DNA of 40,606 nucleotides from a virus. The DNA lies in IMG/VR virus record IMGVR_UViG_3300020185_000107, positions 1-40,606 of that record. One strand, 5' to 3'. Under the pieces are notes generated by a model. It was not told where the DNA came from. It saw nothing but the letters and a program-made list of their open reading frames with translations, and did not search any database. The translations under genes and the position numbers were made by a program. Numbering within the stretch: position 1 is the stretch's first letter; each line of letters begins with the position of its first letter. Below are positions 9,116-18,954 of this stretch, piece by piece.

Positions 9116-9355
9116 TTATTTTCCTAGTAATTGTGTTAACATTTTTTTAATATCCTGCATATCCGTCTCTAATGCAGTAACTTTATTTATCATATCCTTA
9201 TCATCTTGTATTCTTTTGAGAGCATTTTCATGTTTTTGTTTAGCCAATGAAAACCCTTCAAAGTCCATATTAATTATGGCACCAGATTTTTTGTCTCTGT
9301 AAAGATGACTGAAACCTTCAACAGGTTGATAATTGTCCCAATCAATATTTGCCAT
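9116..9355 (-). CDS. Small conserved T4-like phage protein with a C-terminal coiled coil
   Basis: VEGFSHLYRDKKSGAIINMD followed by the heptad tail LETDMQDIKKMLTQLL. I recall this type of ORF following VrlC-like genes in marine T4-like phages. TAATG overlap with the upstream gene. Confidence 0.75.
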   Translation of the reverse strand: MANIDWDNYQPVEGFSHLYRDKKSGAIINMDFEGFSLAKQKHENALKRIQDDKDMINKVTALETDMQDIKKMLTQLLGK

Positions 9356-12300
9356 TAGTTCAAGAACACTCTATGTTGGATCTTGCCGAGTCTAGGAACT
9401 AGTGCCATATTGTCAGACTTCATGACAACCTTTACCTGAGATTCGGTAAACTTAGGAATATCAAGTGCTTTGAGTTCTATATTCCTAAAACTTTGATTGT
9501 CATCGTCTTTAACAATTGGTGTGACACTGTTCAACTGTGTCCAACTTTTATCTAAAATATTCTGACCAGTCATAACTGCTCGATAGTAAAAGTCTAAGTT
9601 TGCAACTTTGGGGACATTTGCATCAATTTTGACTTCCAATGTTTTAGAAGGTTCAACCGTTTTAACCGGTGCAGTCACATGCTTAGATGGACTTGAGGTG
9701 CCATATGGTTCCGTCTCAGGGACGTTCTCGATATAATCAGAAGATCCTGCGTCAAAATTATCAATACAATTCTGGACCAAAGTCATAGATGCTCTTTGAA
9801 GATCTACGATAGGCGAAACAAAATCAGATGCAGATTTTAAATCAACTTTAACATCGAGAGAAAAACCGCCGTTTGCATTAATAGATTGATTATTATATGG
9901 TCTAAGATTACCTGCACCAGCGTATTCTTCTTCTGCTCTTTGTGCAACCATTTTAGGAACATCGAAATCAAGATTTTGATCAGGAACAATTCGAGTATAC
10001 GAAGTTTGTTTGATGAATTTAGTTTCACTACCACCAGCAGATTTACCAGACGTGAATCTAGCAGTCATGTCAACAGAACACTTGTTAGGTAACACCGTTT
10101 CTATTTGTGGGTTAGCAGTAGTAAAGTGGAGGTTTCTTCCGCACAACACTTCGTCACCGCCGACATTGAAATTGCCTGAGATCGTTGGAACGGTAAACGT
10201 AAACCCTTTCGGGTCTGCTTTTACGACAGTATGTGTTCCATTGAGATCTGTATCTGCTACGCCGCCCCACGTTCCTGCTTCTACACCGGAAATTGTTACT
10301 AGTTCTCCTGCGTGTAAACCATGACAATCATGTATAACGTGTGCAACAGTGGTATTATTCTTCAATTTAATAGGATTATTATCCAGAAGTTTAGCAGGAA
10401 GTGTCGCATTACGCAATATTAAACTTGCGTTAGTTTCAAACACTGCTCTTTTAAGAACAAACGAAAGATCAAGTTCTTTGGACCCTGATGCTTTACCTGT
10501 TTGAGGCAAGAACAGTTTACCGTTTGCTGCTTGTGTTGAAACAGTTTTACCTGTCGAACCTACCGCATAACCACCAGATTGTGCGACCCAAATCTTATAA
10601 GCAGGGGATGACGTTTTAACTACGATAGCATATTCCTGACCCGGATCTAGATAAGCAGGTTCTTCGAAGGTAAACGTAGTGCTTGCTGAAACATCTGTTG
10701 AAGTAAAAACAAGACCTTTTGATAAGGTAACCGAAGTTCCCGGAACCGTAGCAGTTCCTGGTTTCCCGTTTTCCATATTAACAATTTCTACGGAAACAGG
10801 AGAATCTTCGTCTGCCCCAGGTTTTGCAGAAAAATAAAGGTCTACTGCTGTTACTACTACCCCATATTGATTATCTACGGTAAAACTTTGTGCAAACGGG
10901 TATGACACATCTTGATCGGGTAACACAGAAGATCCTGCTTGAGTATTCTGATCTACCGAAATGTAATCTGATAAGACCGTTGACAACTGTGGAACATTAG
11001 CAGGAATAACGATTCCAGAAAAATCACCACCCCAACCACCAGAAATATGTGGTTCGATCAAGTTAACATTTACGGGAGCAATATTATTCAAATAGTTTTG
11101 AATTTCATGTGCGTTGAAAGGTTTGTTAATTTTATCAGTATTACGATTCCTAACCTTAGCAGGGATTCGTGTGGTAGTGAAACCTTGTTGTCGTGTATCA
11201 ATCATACCAGCAGCGTTATAGGTTGCGATAGCATAACTTCCTGCCTGATTAATATCATTAACATTAATATCAAGAAGTTTAAACTCTTTTTTACCTGCTT
11301 TAAATCGGAAGGGAAGATTGTTCACAATATTCGGCAGACCTATACCGGATACCGAAATTGACTCTCTAATATTTGGAATATAAAACGATCCTATTACCTC
11401 ACCAGACGAACTAGAGATTAACTCACCCGTACCATCCGGATGTCCAGCAAGATATTTTTGCCCTTGGTTACCTTCATCGTCAGTTCTTGCTGAGAATCTA
11501 GTGAAAGAAGATTCTGTTTTACACCAAGCAGCAACATTAGTTCCGTCGAAATACGGAATAAACTTTGTGTTAGGTTTCAAACCCGTTGCTTTGAAAAATA
11601 TTTTTCTTGAACGAATCCAAGGTAAAATAGCAGCATCAACTACGCGACCACGAGCAGTTACTCTACGAATAGTTTCGTTAGTAATTACACGACTTACGTG
11701 TCCACCAGAACCGGTAACTCTTGACTTAGCTTTGGCAACATTGATTCGTTTTTCGAATATAGTCTGTCTTCGACGGTTTTGACCTCTTTGTTGTGTAGGA
11801 GCAACTTCAAGATCTTCGATTGCTCGACCACCCCAGTTCCATTGCCATGCATTATATAACAATGCTTCTTTCGTGTCAAGTCTTGATCCGCCGGTTACAA
11901 CTCGTGTACCTCTTTGTTCTGATTTCCACTCATCAGAAGACGGACTCAATTCTAAATTTCCTACGTAATCAGATTTACTATTAGGGTTAATAGATACTGC
12001 TTGTGTACCAAGAGGTTGGGAAATCCAATTCGATTCAGTATGATTAATATATGCATTATCGCCTTTAATCAAAACGTTCTTAGAACTATACGTTGCTGCA
12101 CCCGCACCAGAACCTTCATCTGCACGATACACCAAACGCAGGTTATCGCCGTTATAACATGGACGAATTTCTTTATTCTCTGGATCTAACGATGCACAAT
12201 AATCTGAGTATAGCGTGTCCGATTGAGTCTGATCAGTTGCTTCATCAATGAGAATACCCGTTTCAATCTTAGGATCACCAGTAGTCGGATCTAACGAAGG

Positions 12301-14685
12301 ATTAAGTTTTGCTTCTAATTCTGCAAAACTTAACGAATATAATTCTTCAAGATTATCTAATTTCCTTTCAAGTTTAGCAATGTCTGCCATTGTATAACGT
12401 TTATGCTCGATAAACGTAGTGTTAATATCATCCGGACTAAGGGTATTAGGATTCATAACAATCTTATATAATTCCAAAGCATTCTCCGGAGTCTTTTTGA
12501 ACAACGGTTGTTCATCTTGCTGACCCATAAGAATTTGGAACTCGCCGTCTTCTGTGGCAATAAGTTTATCTGCCCTAGAAAGATAGTATGATGATTGTAA
12601 TTGAATCGGAAACCCTTCAATTGCTTGACGAGTTTTAATGTAATTGCCTTCCTTCTTGCCTCTAAAATCCACGTAGTCTCGTAGATTGATGACTGTACCA
12701 TCTGACATTCGGTGTTCTGGAATTTTAGTATAATCGACATTATAAGATGTGAAATCAAAGAAAAGACCTGAACCGGTTCCAGCAATTTCGTCATCATCCC
12801 ACTCAAAATAACGATACGTAACTACTACTTGAACTCCTTCATATGTTCCATTGCTATTATCGATAATCTTACCAAGAGAATAATGAGTATCTCTCTGACC
12901 ATTATCAATTATAAAAGCATTAGTGATGTTATTGCCGCCAGCGGTAACCGAAGTTAAATCGTACAAATCGTATTCTGTTAAAGCAGCGGATCCCGAAGAT
13001 ATGGTAACAGTATCCGTACCAGTAACAAGATCTTTGGTTCGTCGAACTGCGTTGTTACGACTGATTTCAGCAACTACAACATATACCCCATCACTAACTC
13101 CGGAGAGTGTAAAGTTACCTGCCCCAAGAGTAATAGTACGAGATGTCTGAATTACACCGCTTGATTTAAGAGCAACTAACCATGTAGTCGGATTTACAAA
13201 ACCACCGCCGCCAGGAAGCGAAATAGAAGAGGTACCGCTTCCACCAGAGACAGTGATTTCATCACCTTGTTGATAGGTGTATTCATAATTTGTTAGTTGC
13301 TGAGGACGAGTTTTAGAGAGCGGATATAATGACGTTCCTTTATTACCCTCGAACAACAACCCTGCTGTTTGTAAACGGAACCAATTTGTGCTGCTGGTAC
13401 CTATCGACGCAACTGAATCAAAAGAATTGGAACCAGTCATTTCTATTCTATCAAGATATGCACGATAAAGACTAGTTGTTTCTTGTGCTATCGATTTGAC
13501 ATAAGCAGTACCAATACTAGTTGTTCCAGATGTCCCACTATAAAGTTGAACCAGTCTACCTCCGGAGGTTGACCCAAATTCAGTAAATCTGCTGACAGTA
13601 AATTTGACATACGAACCATAATCGGTGGGAACAAAATCGGTAGCGGCTGCTGTGTATGCTTGTGGTCTCGGTGTTTTTAATCTAAGAGGGTATTCGTTTT
13701 CAACGCGATAACCTCGTACATACGCGAGACCAGGTCCGACGATAGCAAAAATATCTGAGTCAACACTTGTATCGTCTTCGAAAGTTAACTGAAAAGGTTC
13801 AGCAAGATAGTTGCCAGACTCTTCATAAGTGCGGCGAGCAATCATATCGTTAATCGTGTTATAATTATCTAACTCGTCTACCTGTTCAACAACCTTCGAA
13901 TTAATAATTCGACATAAAAAGATAAACGAATCATCAGAAGTGATATCGTCTTTATCGATTAAGGTTAGACGAATTCTCCAACGATCTGCGCCGGGTGCTG
14001 CAACGTTAGGGTTATCGCCACTATTATCATAAAGTGCAGTGGTATCATTTACCGTTATGACATCTTGATCAATTCTAAAACCAATCGTCCCGCTAAAATT
14101 ACGACTCGTAGGATTTAGAATTAACCCCTGTTTCTTAGCATATACGAATCTGCCTGATGCAAAAAAATCTCCTGCATCGACGAATAACTTAACACCTGCT
14201 CCAATAGAATTAGCATTAGAACTTACTGTATAGTTTCCTGAATTTAACGAAGCACCGGTAGTAAAGGTTGTTTCAGTAGAACCAGGTGTAGCACCACCAG
14301 AAGCAATATATCTAATATACACTCTCCAAGTACTATTAGCAACTACTTCAATAGGAAGTTCGGTTACGACAGCTTTAATACCCGTTGTTGTTTCTAGTAA
14401 TGAACCAATAGTGATATCAGTGACTTGTGCGCTACCATTTTCAAGAACGACAAATTTATAATTATTATTGATTTCCATTGCACCCGATGCAACGGCAGCG
14501 CCCTCTTTAAATATGTTGCGCCCGAATCGAGTGATCTCTTCTTGTATAATAGTTTGCATCTGAGTAAGTTCTCTTCCTTGAAGAGACCTACCAGAATTAA
14601 AAAGAATTTTATGATAGCCGTCAGAATCTACCCAATCGTCCTTATAGGTGGTTGCGAGAGTAGTGCTGTTAAATGTATTTGGCAT
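9355..14685 (-). CDS. Large virion structural protein, DUF4815 / VrlC-like (baseplate/fibre associated)
   Basis: 1,776 aa. The N-terminal YKDDW...YHKILFNSGRSLQGRELTQMQTIIQEEITRFGRNIFKEGA motif is characteristic, as are the internal YLSRADKL, RYTMADI..LE and AQSFTVD..GV.VTAVDLYF motifs. Lies directly after gp8. Confidence 0.85.
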   Translation of the reverse strand: MPNTFNSTTLATTYKDDWVDSDGYHKILFNSGRSLQGRELTQMQTIIQEEITRFGRNIFKEGAAVASGAMEINNNYKFVVLENGSAQVTDITIGSLLETTTGIKAVVTELPIEVVANSTWRVYIRYIASGGATPGSTETTFTTGASLNSGNYTVSSNANSIGAGVKLFVDAGDFFASGRFVYAKKQGLILNPTSRNFSGTIGFRIDQDVITVNDTTALYDNSGDNPNVAAPGADRWRIRLTLIDKDDITSDDSFIFLCRIINSKVVEQVDELDNYNTINDMIARRTYEESGNYLAEPFQLTFEDDTSVDSDIFAIVGPGLAYVRGYRVENEYPLRLKTPRPQAYTAAATDFVPTDYGSYVKFTVSRFTEFGSTSGGRLVQLYSGTSGTTSIGTAYVKSIAQETTSLYRAYLDRIEMTGSNSFDSVASIGTSSTNWFRLQTAGLLFEGNKGTSLYPLSKTRPQQLTNYEYTYQQGDEITVSGGSGTSSISLPGGGGFVNPTTWLVALKSSGVIQTSRTITLGAGNFTLSGVSDGVYVVVAEISRNNAVRRTKDLVTGTDTVTISSGSAALTEYDLYDLTSVTAGGNNITNAFIIDNGQRDTHYSLGKIIDNSNGTYEGVQVVVTYRYFEWDDDEIAGTGSGLFFDFTSYNVDYTKIPEHRMSDGTVINLRDYVDFRGKKEGNYIKTRQAIEGFPIQLQSSYYLSRADKLIATEDGEFQILMGQQDEQPLFKKTPENALELYKIVMNPNTLSPDDINTTFIEHKRYTMADIAKLERKLDNLEELYSLSFAELEAKLNPSLDPTTGDPKIETGILIDEATDQTQSDTLYSDYCASLDPENKEIRPCYNGDNLRLVYRADEGSGAGAATYSSKNVLIKGDNAYINHTESNWISQPLGTQAVSINPNSKSDYVGNLELSPSSDEWKSEQRGTRVVTGGSRLDTKEALLYNAWQWNWGGRAIEDLEVAPTQQRGQNRRRQTIFEKRINVAKAKSRVTGSGGHVSRVITNETIRRVTARGRVVDAAILPWIRSRKIFFKATGLKPNTKFIPYFDGTNVAAWCKTESSFTRFSARTDDEGNQGQKYLAGHPDGTGELISSSSGEVIGSFYIPNIRESISVSGIGLPNIVNNLPFRFKAGKKEFKLLDINVNDINQAGSYAIATYNAAGMIDTRQQGFTTTRIPAKVRNRNTDKINKPFNAHEIQNYLNNIAPVNVNLIEPHISGGWGGDFSGIVIPANVPQLSTVLSDYISVDQNTQAGSSVLPDQDVSYPFAQSFTVDNQYGVVVTAVDLYFSAKPGADEDSPVSVEIVNMENGKPGTATVPGTSVTLSKGLVFTSTDVSASTTFTFEEPAYLDPGQEYAIVVKTSSPAYKIWVAQSGGYAVGSTGKTVSTQAANGKLFLPQTGKASGSKELDLSFVLKRAVFETNASLILRNATLPAKLLDNNPIKLKNNTTVAHVIHDCHGLHAGELVTISGVEAGTWGGVADTDLNGTHTVVKADPKGFTFTVPTISGNFNVGGDEVLCGRNLHFTTANPQIETVLPNKCSVDMTARFTSGKSAGGSETKFIKQTSYTRIVPDQNLDFDVPKMVAQRAEEEYAGAGNLRPYNNQSINANGGFSLDVKVDLKSASDFVSPIVDLQRASMTLVQNCIDNFDAGSSDYIENVPETEPYGTSSPSKHVTAPVKTVEPSKTLEVKIDANVPKVANLDFYYRAVMTGQNILDKSWTQLNSVTPIVKDDDNQSFRNIELKALDIPKFTESQVKVVMKSDNMALVPRLGKIQHRVFLN

Positions 14686-14693
14686 GACTTATC

Positions 14694-16115
14694 CTAGAAA
14701 GTGATAACAATTTTTATATCTTCGGTTTGATTTACATCTCGTTGAATAGGTTCGATATTATCTATGTATAGCAATTCGCCAGAGAAAATATCAATACCCG
14801 GATTCGTTTGGTTTGCGGGTGTCGTTCCATCGTTTGTTCCAGTAAGAACAAACTGAGCGGTAGATTGAGTAACGTTTTCGCCTCTGAGAAACGTTCCATA
14901 TCCAGTATCAGAAGTTTGGTGATAATATAAGTTATTAGTAGCAGGATCGTAGTAATCAAGAATACCTTTTGCTAGACTAGTTCCGCCTGTAATCAAGTTA
15001 TCTTCTACTACGGTTCCTGTAAGTGATGCTGTTATTAATGCAGAGTTACCCTTAGACGTGTTGCCGCTAAAAGAAACAGAAGAACCGTATTGTTTGGGAT
15101 CTTTGATAAGAATAATCTGTCTAAAATCATTTTCTGTTAATAAAGTAGTGAACTCGTCGTTTTCAAAATCTGTGGTGACGATAACAGAGTTTGCTCTTAA
15201 AGTATTAACAGGATCTTTTTCTACACCTTCACTTGGACCTATAACCGCACGAACTTTTGCTTCTTCAGTGGGTATTTGACTATCGTCTAAACTTACAGAC
15301 GCATAATCGTAACCAGAACCAAAATTAGTAATTCGAATAGACTTGATAACACCACCAACCGTGTCAACTGCTGCTGTTGCGCCGGTACCGTTTCCAAGGA
15401 TAGTGGCAGTAGGTCCACTAGCAGAATAACCAGCACCGCCATCATCTACTTGTATATTAAGTATTTGTCCTGCGGTAGGTTGTCCTGTCGGCGGTATGGG
15501 ATTTGCAGTAGTTGCTAATTCTTGTATTTGGAATTGCTGAGTCTGAACACCACCATCTACTGGATCAGAAATAAATGTAGTTACCGGCATATAGGTAAGA
15601 GTCAGAAATCTATTGATAGCAACCTGACTTAAAGTAAACAAGTATCTCCACTTATAACCTGTGGTGCAAAAAGCGTCTGCGGTTGTAAGTTCATTTTCTT
15701 GCGATAGAACAGGATTGCTAATATTTAAAGCTGCTACTGTGGGTTCAATTGTACTGTCCTGAGTAATACCAGCAGCATTAACGCCTTTCTGAATACAGAG
15801 AAACACTTCGTAGTTGCTGTTCATCACGTATGGTAAAACCGTTTGACTAACATCATCATAAGCAGGATAGATAACATTAGCAACCCAATCTTGACGAGGA
15901 ACAGCAGGGGAAACTCCTGTTACGATCTTAACATGCTGACAAGCAGAACGTGCTTCTCTGCCATACTCAAAATCTGCACGAGGAGTTTCAGGAAGTTCAG
16001 CGCCTCCGGGCCAAGGGGTCGATCTACCCAACCCGATATAAAGACCAGTGTTAAACGTGTCTTTCGTATCTTTAATAAGTTGGTTAATAAATTGTCTTGT
16101 TACTGTTGCAGTCAT
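14694..16115 (-). CDS. gp8: Baseplate wedge subunit gp8
   Basis: YIGLGRSTPWP, VPRQDWV...YPAYDD, YVMNSNYEVFLCI...STIEPT, GYKWRYLF, NDFRQI.LIKDP and the C-terminal SGELLYIDNIEPI.R...QTEDIKIVITF. Confidence 0.9.
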   Translation of the reverse strand: MTATVTRQFINQLIKDTKDTFNTGLYIGLGRSTPWPGGAELPETPRADFEYGREARSACQHVKIVTGVSPAVPRQDWVANVIYPAYDDVSQTVLPYVMNSNYEVFLCIQKGVNAAGITQDSTIEPTVAALNISNPVLSQENELTTADAFCTTGYKWRYLFTLSQVAINRFLTLTYMPVTTFISDPVDGGVQTQQFQIQELATTANPIPPTGQPTAGQILNIQVDDGGAGYSASGPTATILGNGTGATAAVDTVGGVIKSIRITNFGSGYDYASVSLDDSQIPTEEAKVRAVIGPSEGVEKDPVNTLRANSVIVTTDFENDEFTTLLTENDFRQIILIKDPKQYGSSVSFSGNTSKGNSALITASLTGTVVEDNLITGGTSLAKGILDYYDPATNNLYYHQTSDTGYGTFLRGENVTQSTAQFVLTGTNDGTTPANQTNPGIDIFSGELLYIDNIEPIQRDVNQTEDIKIVITF

Positions 16116-16137
16116 TCTGGTTTCCGTTATCTTACAT

Positions 16138-16145
16138 TATTTATA
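16138..16145 (-). promoter_or_regulatory. T4-type late promoter TATAAATA upstream of gp8
   Basis: tatttata at 16138-16145, overlapping the gp6 stop codon and 22 nt before the gp8 ATG. Confidence 0.8.
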
Positions 16146-17916
16146 GCGTTGTTGTTTCAATAGCGTCCACAGTAATAGCAGTTATATCCTTACCGAGTTT
16201 GTTTTCTCGTATCGTAGAAACATATCCTTGATTCGAAGGAGTAACCGAAATCTTGATTGTAATTGCCGATGCACCGGATGGTCGAAATCCAGACAGATCT
16301 ACGGATCCGGTAGAAGGATTATAACTTCCTATATTATCAACTACTACTTTACCACTAGTAGTTGAAATAACCTGAATGATATTAGACCCTAATTTGTTAC
16401 GTAGAATACATGTCAATCCAGGTGGGTAATTAAACTCTGAGGATTGTAAAGTATAAACCGTTGACGAAGGTGAAGCAAGAGTTGTTGGAAAAACAATCTG
16501 GTATGCCTTAGACTCCCCTAAACTTGGATTGAATCTGCGTTGAATTTTAATAGATGCCTGACTTGAAAGAACACCGGGATCAGAAGCATCAATAAGTGTT
16601 AACAAATTGGATCGACGGAATGTTTCGCTAAACTCATCTGTAACAGTATCCAAATATGAACTAACAACACCTGTAACTGCTTGCTCGATTGCAGGTATAG
16701 TAGAAAAGGAGGATAGCGTTTGATTGTATTGAAATGCTACCGAAACTTCAATGTAGGTCACAATCGGATCAACAAATTCTACGTCGAACGAAACAACAGA
16801 CAGATTTTTAACCAGACTACGTATAGATGCTCGGAAAGATTCGTCTGGTGACGGTGTTATAGAAACATAAACGGTTCCAAACTTAGCAGGAATGTTATCT
16901 TCGCCGCCCCATGCGAGAATATCAGAAATTTTATTAGAAAAATTCCTTCGTATAAGCGCAGCATAATCCGAAGCAGTTACCATTCTATTCTGTGATGCGT
17001 ATAGGAAGGGTGCTGATTTACGAATAGACTCGATGCTTTCTTTATTAGAACCACCCGAAGAGTTCACAATAGTAATCGGGATAATAGAAATGTTAGAACC
17101 AGCACCGTTAGGTATAGTTGCAGTGGTTGTAAAAGTTTTTGCTCCGTTTGCTGACACACCAGCGGTAGAGTTATAAGCAACTACAATTTTATCACCAGCA
17201 AGAGGTATCTCACCTAATCCAGCTCCATTACCAAAAGCAAGTTCGTAATAACCGTTAGGTGTTTCTTTGATAACATAAATTCTAGATTTTTCGTTAATTT
17301 CGGATACAGTGCTCACATTATAAAATGCTTTATTAGTAGCACCAACTGAAACCGTAACTGTATTAATATCCATATCAGGATTAGGGATAATGTAGGTATC
17401 AGTTTCACTGTAAGGTCCAGCAACAAACGTTTTTTGTTTTTCCGTACCTTCTCGTACAACTACGTTTTCCCATGTGTAAGAGTAAGGATCGGAACCTTTT
17501 TTGAACGTAGTGTATTCGGTTATTGTTTCGAAGGTGTAAGCAATGTCATCGACAGTAGTTGTGAACTTAGTTCCTGCTGGCAAAGGCAAAATATCGGAAG
17601 AAGTTTGAGACCCCTGTGCAGTCACGTTAATCGTAGCAGTTGATGAAACTTTTGAATTAGGAATATAACCAATTGCTGTTGATAAACCTATGACAGAAGA
17701 GCGTAATTGAGCAGTACTTAGAAAAGACTCGTTCAGAGCAAAGTTAGCAGTCAATGCATTATAATGTGTATTGTAAGCAAGAACATCTAATAAATTAGAA
17801 AGACCTGATGCCTCGAAGTTATAATCGGCAAATTCTGGTTTTTGTTCTATCCAAGTTTTTAAATTATTACGAATCGCATTAAAGTCTAAACCTGTACTAT
17901 TAATTGTTGTTGCCAT
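16141..17916 (-). CDS. gp6: Baseplate wedge subunit gp6
   Basis: LDFNAIRNNLK...DYNFEASGLSNLLDVLAYNTHYNA..AN...NESFL.TAQLRSSV, ESIESIRKSAP..YASQNRMVTASDY and WGGEDN.P..FG.VY.SI. Confidence 0.93.
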   Translation of the reverse strand: MATTINSTGLDFNAIRNNLKTWIEQKPEFADYNFEASGLSNLLDVLAYNTHYNALTANFALNESFLSTAQLRSSVIGLSTAIGYIPNSKVSSTATINVTAQGSQTSSDILPLPAGTKFTTTVDDIAYTFETITEYTTFKKGSDPYSYTWENVVVREGTEKQKTFVAGPYSETDTYIIPNPDMDINTVTVSVGATNKAFYNVSTVSEINEKSRIYVIKETPNGYYELAFGNGAGLGEIPLAGDKIVVAYNSTAGVSANGAKTFTTTATIPNGAGSNISIIPITIVNSSGGSNKESIESIRKSAPFLYASQNRMVTASDYAALIRRNFSNKISDILAWGGEDNIPAKFGTVYVSITPSPDESFRASIRSLVKNLSVVSFDVEFVDPIVTYIEVSVAFQYNQTLSSFSTIPAIEQAVTGVVSSYLDTVTDEFSETFRRSNLLTLIDASDPGVLSSQASIKIQRRFNPSLGESKAYQIVFPTTLASPSSTVYTLQSSEFNYPPGLTCILRNKLGSNIIQVISTTSGKVVVDNIGSYNPSTGSVDLSGFRPSGASAITIKISVTPSNQGYVSTIRENKLGKDITAITVDAIETTTL

Positions 17917-18360
17917 TTATCTTAACCTCGAAACAGTAGTTTCTAATGTTACATTTTCATCTGTGTTTAAAACTTCAAATTCAATTCGAACCTTTAAAGT
18001 ATTGGTATCCAAAGATACATTTAAATCCAAATCTGTTATTTTTGCTCTCGGTTCGTAACGAGAAATAGAACCTTGAACTTGTTCTATTAAATCTTGTTCG
18101 GTGCCATCATCTGCCAATTCGAAAAGCATCCCTCTCAGGTCTGCTCCGAAGTCAGGTCGAAATGGTTTTTCCATTCGATTAGTCTGTAATAGATTCTTGA
18201 CTGCTTGTTTCACCGCCGCAGCATCTTTCTTTTTAAAGATATCGCCTGAACTGGTATTTACTGCAAAACTTAGATCAAAGTCCGAGTATAAGCGTGATCT
18301 ACTCGTAGTGAGAGATGCCCCCTGTAAATTACCGTCTTCTGCTGAAAGTATCTTTGCCAT
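17917..18360 (-). CDS. gp25: Baseplate wedge subunit gp25
   Basis: YSDFDLSF...DI....D..AVKQAVKNLLQTN..EKPF.PDFG.DL..MLFE and I.RYEPRA. Directly upstream of gp6. Confidence 0.92.
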   Translation of the reverse strand: MAKILSAEDGNLQGASLTTSRSRLYSDFDLSFAVNTSSGDIFKKKDAAAVKQAVKNLLQTNRMEKPFRPDFGADLRGMLFELADDGTEQDLIEQVQGSISRYEPRAKITDLDLNVSLDTNTLKVRIEFEVLNTDENVTLETTVSRLR

Positions 18361-18366
18361 GCAACT

Positions 18367-18374
18367 TATTTATA
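18367..18374 (-). promoter_or_regulatory. T4-type late promoter TATAAATA upstream of gp25
   Basis: tatttata at 18367-18374, overlapping the stop codon of the upstream ORF. Confidence 0.75.
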
Positions 18375-18954
18375 AGAGAATTTCAACCAATTCGTTTGCA
18401 GATTGTAGATTAGTGTTAAATCTTGTCTCTATTCTGCCTTGAAAGGTTATATCGAATGATGTGGGAACAGTTGGCATGATTACAACAATTTGACTAGATG
18501 CTTGACCAGAAGGGTCGTATGTATCATAATCTAATATCAGTTTGTCGTAATCGCAATAATCTTTCCAATAGACTGCCAAATCATATGTCTTCGAGAAATC
18601 TACTTTACCATTAGTTCCTATTAATTGATAAACTATTGCTTTCCCAGTTTGTCTATAATCGTTGATACTATCAACGGAAACGGTTTCGTCTATTGCGGGA
18701 ACATATATACCTTCCGAAACAACAAGACGGTAATCATCAAATTCTGAATTAGCAGAAGTTTTCTTAATGAGTTCAGCATGTAAATAAAGATTACGTGCAA
18801 TCTGTGCTTTATCAGCAGACACCCTTTCAAATTGATTTCTACTTCCTCGCGCACCCAAGAATTTAGCAACCGATATTCCTGGTGCCAGCATGGTAGTGTT
18901 AGTTATCTCATCTACAAAGTTTGGATTGTAGGAAGGATCTACAAGATATATCAT
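18370..18954 (-). CDS. Baseplate-region protein, probable degenerate peptidase M15-like fold
   Basis: 194 aa with an ATGA overlap to gp5-C. Segments LAPGISVAKFL, NLYLHAELI, LVVSEG, GKAIVY and YDKLILDY parallel phage M15A proteins, but the His ligands are not seen. Confidence 0.55.
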   Translation of the reverse strand: MIYLVDPSYNPNFVDEITNTTMLAPGISVAKFLGARGSRNQFERVSADKAQIARNLYLHAELIKKTSANSEFDDYRLVVSEGIYVPAIDETVSVDSINDYRQTGKAIVYQLIGTNGKVDFSKTYDLAVYWKDYCDYDKLILDYDTYDPSGQASSQIVVIMPTVPTSFDITFQGRIETRFNTNLQSANELVEILL

